Below, one piece after another: positions 38,801 through 50,541 of a stretch of 64,000 nt of DNA. A program made the position numbers and the translations under genes. The DNA comes from Amphiscolops sp. MND2022 (lineage: Eukaryota). The notes beneath the pieces were generated by a model, which was not told the DNA's origin, searched no databases, and worked only from the letters and a program-made list of their open reading frames with translations. Within the stretch, counting starts at the first letter, position 1. Every line of letters starts with the position of its first letter. The stretch lies in the NCBI GenBank assembly GCA_964187785.1, contig OZ076409.1, positions 89,220,001 to 89,284,000 on the forward strand, given 5' to 3'.

Positions 38801-41022
38801 TCCACATACTGGGCACACTGATCCGCTTTAATGACTTTGTCAAGGTATTCTCTCATGAAACTCGAGAATGCGGATAGTGATCGACTAAGGCCTTGTGCCA
38901 AACGTCTGTAAGCGAATGTGCGACTGGCAAAATTGAAAGCCAACATTTCGATTGAGCGTTGGTCGGCCATTGGTAGGCAGTGGTATGCCTGCGAGCAATC
39001 TAATTTACAGAACAGGTTTTTGCCTGCCAGGTGTTGGGCGGCATCAACTAGTGTACTGACGGGGTGATTATTGTTGATATAATCATGCGATATGAGGTTG
39101 TTGATTTTTCTCAAGTCAACCAAGAGTCGGAGTTTCCCATTCGGTTTCTTTTGTGCGAATATTGGACTTGCATATTTCGAGAATGGCAGTGTGGTTATCA
39201 TGCCATATTTGTGTAACATGGCTAATTCAACTAGGATGTCCTCCTTCAAGTTAATAGGAGCTGGAAGGTTTTGACTATAGGCTGGGGAATCGTCCTTAGG
39301 CGTCAGTTTCACCTTGAATTCCTCGTTCATGCCTATATCAAATCGGTGTCGTGCAAAGATGTCATGGAATTCCACTAACAATTCCTCAATTTTCTCCTTC
39401 TCTTCAGGAGTAAGGGTGGAGTCTTTCCAGTCAAAGTTTTCTAAGAGTTTTGCACGCGATTCTGCATCTGTAGTGGGATCGAGTGTCTCCAGGTCCTGTA
39501 GGGCCTGTAACTCGCGTAGGATTCGTTTTTGTATAGGTGTGTGTTCCTCAGGATTTCCAGGATTTTCTGGAGTTGGGAACCAATAATTTTCAGAGTTTTG
39601 CGGATTTATATTGGTCTTGATGAGACTGCTGACGTAATGGGCTGCTTGCTCCTGGTCATTCTGCAACAGGTGCCAGGTTGATGCCGGATCTACCGGTTTG
39701 ACATACTTCATCTGTTCTGGTGTCATGACAGAGAAATTGGCAATATGAAGTCCCTTTTTGAGTTTATAAGGGTGGTCTGTGAAATTGTTCACTGGTATCA
39801 ATATATTGCCGTAATTCAGAGTTACCAAAGCTGGGCAAAATGTGATGTCGCCTTCTTCGTGTAGAAGGTCGCTCGGTTGCAAAATTCCAGTGACAGCATT
39901 CTCGGGGTAGAGTAGGGAATTGGTCCTAATTAGGACTTTATCGTTTGGTGGAATAGTTATCTCAATAGGGTTGAGAATTGGTTCCAATACATTTGAATAC
40001 TTATGGTCAGCCGTTTTGAGCTGCATCGAAAGGAACGGGAAATTCAGTATCCCTTGTCGCATATCCAGAACTGTATGGTTTCTTTGAAGGAACATTAGTC
40101 CAATGATCGGACCTGTCAGATGTTCCATCACTATGAAGATTTCATGGAACTCAATGTCACCAACTTCGAATTTGAGCTCTATGGTACTCTTAGGGGTTTC
40201 CAGTTGCCCATTAGCGACCATGATTTGGAAGTGCGGAGGCGGACCTTCTCGGATAACGGATTGTGGAGATAAAAGTCGAATTTTCCGGAGGTCCATTTCA
40301 GGAATTGCACTGGACAGCGCTCCAGTGTCAATGAGTCCGTCAATGGTCAATTCCCCAAAGTCCATTGGGAAATACAACATGCGTTTTTTGCATTTGAGGT
40401 TGATGTTGGTTGACAGGGGTATACAGTCTGGTTCACCGTCTCTAGTGATTAAGACATTTTGGAACTGTTTCTCGTCTAGCAATGATTGTGGTATGGTTTC
40501 AGCATTGCTGTCATGGGTCTCGGTCCCCAATGGGTTTGGGAACACTGGATGGTTTGTGCCATCATTCATTTGCCAGTTTTCAATTAGCGCTCTTGTTTTC
40601 TTGTTATGGGTAATTGGAGGGTTCTCGTGGACTGTTCTATTATAGTGTTCAATATCGTCCAGGACATATTGAAATTGTAGTGAATCTTGGTTGTAAAGCT
40701 CGGTGTCCCAGTAGGGATCTCTGTTGTAGTCTGGATCGATGTATGTTGGGTTGTAGTCATCGATCAGGGGAATGGGCCTGAACCGGGTAGTGAAGGTGGT
40801 GGTGTAATCAGGGTCCCAAACAGGAATTGGTTTCTGGAACAAATGGGTGTTATTGTAAGTGATGATGGTGGCTTTTTCCATCTGCTGCTGCCAGACAACA
40901 GAGGGATAGCCCATCAATTGCTGATTGTATTGGTGGAAAGTCTGTGTTGGAGGGTCCGATCTGATGTACTGTCGGACAGATATTAATTCGTTATATTGGA
41001 GTCGTGGCGAAGTTAGTTTTTT
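35808..41022 (-). CDS. pol: pol of element A (protease, dUTPase-like linker, RT, RNase H, integrase with GPF motif); nonsense codon at 36661-36663 and a frameshift near 36110
   Basis: LIDTGA, LRLLVDLRKIN, YVDD, TDAS, ILTDN, CEQC, IDLL, TDKG, KLERTH; the frame continues after the TAA (IKYKEYYDRKA..WVGPFVV). Confidence 0.95.
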
Positions 41023-42706
41023 GACTCATCATTAGAATATGAGGATTGGGAGCCCGATGATGTCGGTTTGGTCTGAGGTTTCTGAGCTTTGGGATTGGGC
41101 TTATTGTCAGTTGAGTCCTCAGGTCTAGTGCGCTTGGGTTTAAGATGTGCACCAGCACCTTGCCAACATCTCTCCTCCGGGTGGTTCTTTTCCCCACAAG
41201 TGCCACACACCGGATATGTTTTCTTCTGCGTCGACTTGCCTTGTTGGGCATCTTTTTCTTTTTTCTTTTTCAGTTTTTCGCAGTCCTTGACCATGTGGCC
41301 CTTTTCCTTGCAGTAATTGCAAGTAATGTCTGACATTTGCCCAGTGGACAGAGGAGTTTTAGATTTTGTAGTCGAGGAGGTCATTGTGGCCATTGGTAGG
41401 TCATCTGACTCCTCGAGGGCGTTAAGCTCTAATTCTCTCTCCAAATGAGCAACTATCTCATCGTAGGAGCCATTTTCTAATCTGGCCATGTTGACGGACC
41501 GCTTCAGTTTTGGTGGCAGTTTTGCATAAAGCAAGCTGTCAATCATTTTCTGCGCATGATCACCAAACGCCTTCTCGGCTCCCTGGTTTAATTCTTCGAG
41601 AAAATCAGGCAGTTTCATCGTATTGGGATCGAAGACCAGACGGTGCCATTTATGTTTGGCAGTCGCCTGTGACTCGGGTTTGACGTATTTTCGTCTAAAA
41701 ATGACTAATACGTCCTCTAGAGTTTGTCGGTTGCTTGAGCTGATATTTCTGAATGTCTGAAGAGCATTCTTCCTCAATAAAGAGTGGAAGTGATTGATTT
41801 TCATTTGCTCAGTCATTTCTGGCTGCATCTTGATCATAGTGTGAAATAGGTCTTCGAACAGCTCGAATTTTTCGCTTTTGCCATTGAATGTCATGGTATT
41901 TGAGTTGACTGGGCGTATGGTAAGTTGTTGGGCTGTCGGTCTATTTTGCATTGTAGTCAAGACGTCTGCCAGTCGAGTGATGGGGTCAGAGTCAGCAGCC
42001 GTAGCGATTCTCTCTTGTGCTGGGATCGTCGTGTCGAGGTTGATGTCCTCAAAGGACCTGTCGAGATGATTTCTGGATGAGATTCGTCCTGTGAGAAACT
42101 CAGCAACTTGATTTGAAGATTCGTTGTCTCCTGTCACCATGTCATGAACATTACGATGTGTTTTATCACCGTGTTCATTACTGAGGGTAGTTCTAGTTTT
42201 CGCGTTGTACTGAACTTCGGAATAGCTTTCCGGTCTCTCGTCAGATCTCTCCCATCCCCTTCTAGTCTCCTGTCCTGAACCGGCCATAATGACGTTTTGA
42301 ATCTGGGGCAAAACCTGATTATTTATGGCGTCACTTATGGCTCTCTGAATCTGAGAACTAACACTGTCCATCATTACATCCATTTCTCTAGATATTCTAG
42401 AGTTCAATTCACTCGACAACTTATTGATCTCAGCTTGAGAATCTATACTTGCTGAATTTCGGTTGTACCCGGTACTAGTCCCAACTCCAAGATTTCTATG
42501 ATCAGAATGGAGATCCATTTCCTCATTTTCCAAGTTATTACTTATAATACTTTCTTGCCTTCTAATGGAAGTTCCATCGAGACTTTCGTCTCTCCTCGTA
42601 TCATTGAAGTGATTTTCACCTAACATTATGTCAAGGTTTTCAATACAGAGAGAATTTCTAATCCTCTAGATTTCCTTGCTTTCTTTTGCTTCCTTGTAGT
42701 AGGCAT
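41013..42706 (-). CDS. gag: gag of element A; starts within the 5' LTR (ATG 42706), 1-nt deletion near 42645; two CCHC knuckles
   Basis: CNYCKEKGHMVKDC and CGTCGEKNHPEERC; FNGKSEKFELFEDLF capsid-like motif; intact N-terminus MPTTRKQKKARK readable in the 3' LTR copy. Confidence 0.9.
42121..42139 (-). other. Primer-binding site of element A (TGGTGACAGGAG...)
   Basis: TGG immediately follows the LTR-terminal CA; cognate tRNA not established (Leu- or Trp-like). Confidence 0.75.
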
Positions 42707-43891
42707 TAAGACTGAACCGGGTTGAAGACTTGAATTATCAATTCCGGAAAATTAACAGTGAAACCGTTTGTATTATGAACGTCTTTATCAAATGGAGAGA
42801 AGTACAAAGTATGAGTGTTCTTGCAGGGGTATGGGTATTTATACCTCTGAAAGGCTGACACACACATTTTTTACATACTTTGATCAAGACAAATCATAGG
42901 GTTTTACAATCATCATAAAGAAATCCCCGACAATTACATATTTCCGGGGGACATTTAAGGGATGGTATTCAGGGTCATCATTTTAAGTAGCAACTTCAAA
43001 CAATTTGTCGGTTAGACCTACTTCAAGTGTGATGTAAACAAATACCACAACTTACATATTTTATTGTGATGTAAAACGAAGGCACGTGCCGGCACAAGTT
43101 TACTGCAAATAAAGCTGAAAACGGAATGTATTACTATGTGTGGAATCCTAATACTGCATCGATATTCGCGAAAATACACTCACTTATCAGAGCCGGAATA
43201 GGCCCAAATCCATAACATGTACCGCACATATGAAGGACATGGTAAAAGGCCTTAACTGTCCCTTTATCCAAGTCGAAAGTATACAAACATCAAAACATCA
43301 CAACCGTATTTATTTAGACTAAAAACATGATTCTAATAGCTCCGCGTAAGTATTGATCCAATTAAGCAACAAAGGTATTATTATGCTTGAATTGGCCGAA
43401 ACCGTCCATTTGACTGAGGGCCTGATATAAATTAGCACCGCTTAGTCAATTGGCCATATCCGGCCATCATAAATAAAGCACTAATAATTAGCAAAAGGAA
43501 CGCTCTGATTGGCTAATAATCGTACTGAAAGTTACATCGCCGAGAAGGGACGTTTTCTTACTTGAACATTTTTCGTTCTCGCGATTAACCTGCTTATTGT
43601 ACGTTACCGCTTTGATCAATTTCAACACTCTGTTTGTAATACAACAAACTTCCTTTTACACATCTCAAATCACAACCTGATTTGGATAGTTCCAAATCGT
43701 AATTTTAACAGACTATTATCACGAACAATTATATAAAATGCACTTGGATAAACAAAAATGAATGTGATTAACAAATAAATATAAGTTTCAGCAAGGGAAA
43801 GTTTAAAATGTGGGTAGGGTGCCCGGGATGATTTCTTGATTTTCCGCAGACGTCGTTATTAATGTGCCATCACAGGCGGCAGCCTGCGACA
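42140..43891 (-). repeat. 5' LTR of element A (1752 bp)
   Basis: Direct repeat of 27944-29707 with scattered substitutions and small indels. Confidence 0.95.
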
Positions 43892-44646
43892 TGTGCTGTC
43901 GTAAAATTTTTGGTATCATAGTGTTTAATGGTCGCTTTCAGTTTCTGAAAATAGTACTAAGGGATGCTGAAGCTGAAAAGATTGTTTTTTGACAAAATAT
44001 TTTTAATTTGTCACTTGTACTTGCCAGTCTTTACTCGTGTCAGTCTTCAGCAATGATTCCTTTTTTCCTTGAGTCCTAAACTTTGATATGCACATGGAAA
44101 GAAAATTACCCACCAATTTGTCTTTTTTATTTGTCTTTTTATAGCTGCTTTGCAAGTTGTTGGTTCGATATCCCAGTTAGTTCGGTGTTCAATTACGGCC
44201 ACATTGTTAATTTAGGTTGAAGGTTTTTCGAACGTTACTTGAACTTCCTGTTTTTGAATTGAACGATACTAGTCACATTGTTGAAATCGTTTACGTACCC
44301 AAAATATAACGCATGTTTTTCAACTTTACAGAGTATTGATTACACGAAATCTCGAGTTTCACGTGATCACGGAAAATAATTCAGTCATTGCTGAGAACAA
44401 ATCAAGTCCAAACTTTTTTTTGACACTGAGCGTTTTTGCTTTAGATCGGAAGTCTCGGTTTAAACTGCAGCAAAACCGATTCCCCTTTTCAAATATACCA
44501 TTTGTACCTTCAAGAGTTCGTTCCCGTCTCCGAACGTTTGTGTCTCCACACGAATTAACATCACATATATTCATCCTTGTGTTCGCAAGGTTTCCTTCAT
44601 AGTATTGACTCGAAACTTTTTTTTCTGGAATTAGCAAATTAGCAAT

Positions 44647-47072
44647 TGTTACGACTGTTTACCGGAGTTGTTTTGGAGTTAGTCGTAGTTGTTATTTTTA
44701 CAGGTGTTGACGTTCTAGCTACGGAGATTTTTTCTGGTTCTTAGTCAGAGTCTCGGTCTTCCAGATGAATTGGGCGTTTTTTACTCAAAGGTGCTATTAA
44801 TTTAAGCATTTCCTTTTGATTTTCCGCTAATATCCTTGTTAGATCAAACATGATTTCTTTTCTCGAAGACTTTTTCAATTCGTCTAAGTTCTCAGGCTGC
44901 ATTCTAGAGGACTTGCTAGAACTTACTACAAAATTTTCGGGAAGACTATTCTCAGTTACTGAGGTCTCAAAATCTCAAGAAACTAGTTCAGCTACCGCTT
45001 TCCTTTTCTGACATCTAGTTGTCATTTTTCAGTTGGAAAATAGGGTCTTCGGCAAGAGGTAAATTCTTCGAAGAAGTTTTTTGTTTAACGTTGGAACAAC
45101 GGAACAGTTTAAGTTTATCACAGATCACAAGATTAACTAACTGAATTTACATGTTCAATCTAGATATTTATACTTTCCTAGCAACATTTGTTCCTTACCT
45201 GAAAATTCCTAGGTATCACAAGAATCGGGTTTTTTCATCAAAAAGCGCTTATGATTCAAATTATTTCAATCCTGCGTCAAAAAATCAGGTATCGAAATTC
45301 ATAGTTGCGTCGCTATTCCGTAAAATCTTGTTGAAATCGTTTTTGTTCAGGCAATTCCATTTCCTGTTTGAGCTTCAAATAAATGTCTAGATGATATTTC
45401 CATCAGCGTAACCACGCCGGCATGAACAATTAGTCCAATTCCAACTTAGGAAGTTGAGATTCGAAGCAAAAGAAAGACTTGCAAAAATTGTGACGGAATT
45501 GAAACGGAGCAAAGAAAGTTTGAGAATGGGAATATTTAGATATTACCGGGGAACAAACGATGCTGGAAAAACAGAATGGTGATCGACTGCTAATTGCATT
45601 AAGTAAACGAATACAATTACATTAAACTCTAATTTGACCTATACGTGGCCTTACCGGAAGGAATACAAAAGTACAAAATTCGTAGTACAAATGAGTAGGA
45701 TAGTATTCTTCGCAAACATCGGTTATTCAAAGCACAAACAAACAGAACAATATTCAACATAAATATTGATTGGGGTTTAGAGTGCCAACTTCAACCATAG
45801 GGGTAATTTGGCTACAGAGATAGCACTTGGTTCTGAATTAACGTTGGCCTTACGTTACCTTTTAGGGTATATTTCTGTGGTAAATTAGTTACTACTAAAT
45901 GTATGAAAAATCATGGTGTAACGTAAGGTAGACGTGACCATGAAATTAATGTAGTAGCACAATATCATTGATGTTTAAGACATAGTTTTGAAAACTCCTC
46001 TGGAGTACAGCTTTCCTTGCATGAAGACTTATTTCTGAGATCCTTTCAGATGCGTTGATTCAAGAAAAATGCGTTTGAAATTCGTTCGAACTAATACTTT
46101 ATGTCAACAAACTTACAATTCGCTCCGTAGATACTCCGTACGTATTAAGATTAGTTATAGCTATTCGGCGGAATACAATTTTACAGTCTGCTCCGTAGTC
46201 GCTCCGTTCGTATTAAGATTAGTTATAGCTATTCGGCGGAATACAATTTTACAATATGCTCCGTAGTCGCTCCGTACAAATTAAGATTAGTTATAGCTAT
46301 TCGGCGGAATACAATTTTACAATCTGCTCCGTAGTCGCTCCGTACGTATTAAGATTAGTTATAGCTAAGCAGCGGTGGCTGACGGAGAGAAAGCGGAGAG
46401 CTTAGTTGATTTCATTCTCATTTTCTCAGCTAGTTGGCGTTGCTAGGGGGCAACCAAGCACGATTCTATTAGCTTGATCTCGAATAATTCAGTTAAGGAG
46501 CGACGCTATTGGTCCGTAGAAATAGAAACACCGCTACTAGCTTAGTTGTGTGACGCTGTCATAACGTTGTAAACTTTTGCGTAAAATCACTTGACTGCGA
46601 TTTCAGGTGGATATTTGACAATTACCTTAATACTGGAAAACAATTCCATTATACTTTTGCATGCTCTTTCATTTTAGATTGTATGAACTCCGTTGGGATC
46701 ACGGAGTTAAATATTATCGTTGATGTTTTCATTTTAGTGTGGAGAAGAAAGAAATGATCCCATTTTGAAAAATGTTTCTGTTTTAATTTTTAGATAGGTA
46801 TGGAAGATTCAGAAGATGAGACCGGAAATAGAGAGTAGCTTTAAATGTGAAAACATTAGACCAGAAGTTTTATCTGATTTAAATCTTTTCCAAAAATATT
46901 GCGTAACGCTTACGTTAAAATTCCATGTTTTGGGAGATTATCTACGAGTAGCTTAGCTGTACTGTAAGTAGAAATAAATTGAGAGTTTAATGGTACTTGC
47001 AGTAGCCGGGTCCTCTCCCTCTCCCCAACACATAGCAAAAACTGCAACCACGGCCGGGAGCGGGTCGTGACA
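44647..47072 (-). repeat. 3' LTR of element B (2426 bp)
   Basis: Direct repeat of 50163-52471; visibly more diverged from its partner than the element A LTRs are. Confidence 0.92.
46134..46367. repeat. 68-bp tandem repeat in LTR (3 full + 1 partial units)
   Basis: Units start at 46134, 46202, 46270 and 46338; the other LTR has 1 full + 1 partial unit (51670-51767). Confidence 0.9.
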
Positions 47073-47087
47073 AAGCCCCTCTCGTAA

Positions 47088-47738
47088 CTAGAAATGCTGG
47101 CAGTCCGTGACAATGAGGATCTCGTTTGTAACTTGTACTGGAGTGCGGGTAGAGTAGTTTCTCAGTTGGTGTGGGCCTCGTCCACGCCCAACTGACATGT
47201 AGACGTCCCTCTCATCTTCCTCAAGCCCCGGCGTCAGTTTTGCTACCATCTCATTTGCTTCCGGGGTGCACCAGTTGTTTAAATAGTCCCGTGCTGACTT
47301 CTTTTTCATGTCTGCTTCAGGGGGTTCGTTTAGGTCGTTGAGATGGTCACTGGTATTCTTCCTTTCCGGTTCTGCTGGGGGAACGTTCACTTTTTGTGAT
47401 GTCTTTAGAGGGGATGTTTTCCGGGGAGAGTCCGGTTCTTCATAGTATTCGTCCATGTCAGAGTCTGGATTAACTCTTTGACTTCTGTTAGCAGGTGGCA
47501 GTTTAAACGTTACCCTTCTGGATTTCTTTTCCAGGGGGGTTAATTTGACTCTTTTAGGAGAGCATTCTGACTCGAAGGTGGAGTTTAACTCCGCATCACT
47601 GCCGCGATGTACTTCTATCGATGAGTCACTGATATTCAGCGCTCCGACCATGTTTAAAGGCAAGGTTTTTATCGGATAACTGTGACGCTGATTCTCTTCA
47701 TCCGAGAAGATGTCAATGACGAGCGAGTACCCGTTCAT
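47088..47738 (-). CDS. Sense-strand accessory ORF of element B (~216 aa from the ATG), unknown function
   Basis: Open frame MNGYSLVIDIFSDEE...PKRVKL..KKSRRVTFK ending just before the PPT; same position as the element A accessory ORF. Confidence 0.6.
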   Translation of the reverse strand: MNGYSLVIDIFSDEENQRHSYPIKTLPLNMVGALNISDSSIEVHRGSDAELNSTFESECSPKRVKLTPLEKKSRRVTFKLPPANRSQRVNPDSDMDEYYEEPDSPRKTSPLKTSQKVNVPPAEPERKNTSDHLNDLNEPPEADMKKKSARDYLNNWCTPEANEMVAKLTPGLEEDERDVYMSVGRGRGPHQLRNYSTRTPVQVTNEILIVTDCQHF

Positions 47739-48769
47739 TTTTTTAGGTTGGTGAAGATTTTGAAGAAGTTGATTTGTAGAGAGAATTTTCAAATTCTGTC
47801 AAAATAGACTGTTTCCTACAAAGTTGGACGGCAAGTGAGCGTTTCAGTTTCTTTTTCTTCGTAATTCTCATCGAAATTTCAATTGTCGATTTTTCCGCTT
47901 TCGTTCTGGTCCGCCCTGACCTTTTAGAGAGGTAAACTTCCATCTTCACTATGATTGGTCGATAAATATAATAAATTGGACAATTTTGTTTTGATCTACT
48001 TTTCTTCAGCTACGTCGTTATGACGTCATCAATTTTCCTTGAAGGGATTACGTCCGAGAGACGGAATTTCCAAAATGGCTGTTGAAAGATCTTTTTTTTA
48101 TAGTTTCTGGATGAACTTTGCTTCATCCAGAGGGTTTTCGGGAAAGTTTTGTTCCCGTCAATGCCGTAATTGGCTTTTCAGTGAAGTTCAAGAATATATA
48201 TTCTTTCCCAATACCTAGGGATAACGTTGTTAATTTCTTTTCGGTGGTTACGTTTACACAACGTAGTTTCCTCTTTTCTGATTCTCCTTTTTCCTTCAGA
48301 TTGTCTTGAAAATTTTTTCTGCAATTCCTGATGGAAAATGACGAGAGTGTTCATCCCGCTGCCACGGCTACAGGCTTCATCAGTGGAAATGAGACTGTGT
48401 ATGGCCATTCTGATGGCGATTTGGTTACTTCAGACATAAAGTTTGTCCGAGCTACTTCAGGTTGGTAAAATCTTTCTGACTTCCATGGGTGATTGGACTA
48501 TTACTTTGGTGATCAGCCTTGTTAGTCTCACCCGGTTACCTGACGCGTCTGAATCCACATCTTGATTTTCACCAACTCAACCGGGTACAACTTCTGCTGT
48601 CACTGTTTCCGTGACTACTGCGGGGGTGACTCCTTCTTCAGGTGTGGTACTGCCTGCAGTTTCCACTATTTTGCCCACTGTTACAAGCACTACTGTTAAC
48701 GACGTTCTGACGTCTACTCTTGGCCAACCGGAGACTACCATTCCTCCAGCATAAGATGTTCTTTGTTCC

Positions 48770-50541
48770 GTGAATGTACGTTACAACATCGTCGTGTTTT
48801 GTTAGGAGGTTAAGTGCAGCTATGTCAACCGAACGGATCATTTTCGTTTCTTCCGTTTTCAGGATTTGTAGTTCAGCTAATTTGGTGTCAGCGGGTATTG
48901 TATAAGGAAAGTACGTTGTTTTGGCGACCTCTATTGCTACCTTTTTAACTCCGGCAGTTGTTATTGCCGGGGCTATCATTAGTTTCGAGCATTCGGCGAA
49001 CAATGGTAGGGGTTGCATTGTCCCAGTTATTGAGTGATCAGTCCTCACTGGTATGGATGCGTAAATGATACGGTTAGAATGTGCAAGCATCGTGTGTTTT
49101 GCTTCCGTTTTGATTATGATGGGCTTGGGGTTGCATTTCTGCATTTCATCGGTGAGTACCATTGTGATTTGGATTTTTGGGAAGTCTAAAATTATTTGGG
49201 CTGTGTCTAGGATCACTGCATGTTTCCGTAGGAATGCTAGTCATATGATGGGGAATGACGTCTGGTTCATGACAATGAACGTTTCTTCAAAATTTTAATC
49301 CCCAATTTTGAACCGTAGGGTGTTCGTTGCAAGTGGTTGTTCTAGTTCAGCATTAGCGTACTGCACTTTGAAAGGGGGTGGTGGTGCCTTATTTATGATG
49401 CATTGGATGGCATCTTGTCTTAGTTTTTCAGCGTGCCCTTCACTATTAGCATCAATGTACGCACCTGAACCGACTAACGCGTCGATTTTGACGGTGTTGA
49501 ATTCGACTGGAAGAAAGAGCATTAGTTCGAGATGCCCGACGATGTCATTGTAGGGCTTGGTCTCTAGGTATGCCCTGTTGAGGATCTTTTTAACGTGTTC
49601 CGGCATTTTTGCGTATATGGCCTTGTCAACGAACTTTTGCGCTTCAGAACCGAACGCTTCTTTAGCAGTTTTCTGCAGAGTGTCCAGGAATTCATGGAGT
49701 TTTTGTTTTGTGGGGTCAAAATGCAATGCATCCCACTCACATCTAGCTTTTGCGGAGGATTGGAAATCCCCGAAACGACGTTTGAATGCCGTTATAACTT
49801 CTTCTAGGTTATCTTCGTTGGCATCCTCAAGATTGCAGTATACTTGAAGTGCGTTTCCTCTGAGTAGCGAGTGGAAGTAGTTGACTTTTTGTATCTCGGT
49901 TAGATGAAGGTACATTTGATGTTATTTCGAAATAGGTCCTCAAAAAGTTCAAATTTCGCGGACTTACCATCGAAAACAGGAAGCGAAGCAGTGAGTGCTT
50001 TCGGCATCGGGAGTAGATTGGAGAATGGGAAAGTTTGCGGTTGAGGTGCGAACAGTACTTTAGATGTTGAAAGACGATCTTTTGGTGGTTCGATAGGTAC
50101 ACGTTGTTGTTTCGGTTGCTTTGTGGGTTGATTTGTAGAGTCATTGAGGACTCCGGTCACCATGTAACGAATGTTTACCGGAGTTGTTTTGGAATTAGTC
50201 GTAGTTGTTATTTTTACAGGTGTTGACGTTCTAGCTACGGAGGTGTTTTCTGGTTCGGAGTCGGAGTCTCGTTCTTGCAGATGAATTGGGCGTTTTATAC
50301 TCAAAGGTGCTATTAGTTTAAGCATTTCCTTTTGATTTTCCGCTAATACCTTTGTTAGATCAAACATGATTTCTTTTCTCGAAGACGTTTTCAATTCGTC
50401 TAAGTTCTCAGGCTGCATTCTAGAGGACTTGCTAGAACTTACTACAAAATTTTCGGGAAGACTATTCTCAGTTACTGAGGTCTCAAAATCTCCAGAAACT
50501 AGTTCAGCTACCGCTTTCCTTCTCTGACTTCTAGTTGTCAT
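48770..50541 (-). pseudogene. gag-pol: Degenerate gag-protease-dUTPase-like remnant of element B; gag starts in the 5' LTR
   Basis: FDGKSAKFELFEDLF, KVNYFHSLLRGNALQ, decayed protease ALVGSGA; frameshifts and deletions; truncated at ~48770. Confidence 0.85.

Larger units (their letters stand above)
27944..43891 (-). mobile_element. Element A: full-length ~16-kb Ty3/Gypsy LTR retrotransposon with accessory genes
   Basis: Two highly similar ~1.75-kb direct repeats with TGTC..GACA termini, 5-bp TSD TGTGC (27939-27943 and 43892-43896), PBS, gag, and pol in PR-RT-RH-IN order. Confidence 0.96.

Noticed and set aside
40103..40645. Antisense ORFs over pol (also 60864-62144)
   Set aside because: Shadow frames of a long coding sequence; no splice or domain support.
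46134..46367. CRISPR-like array
   Set aside because: Contiguous tandem units without unique spacers, no cas genes, eukaryotic LTR context.
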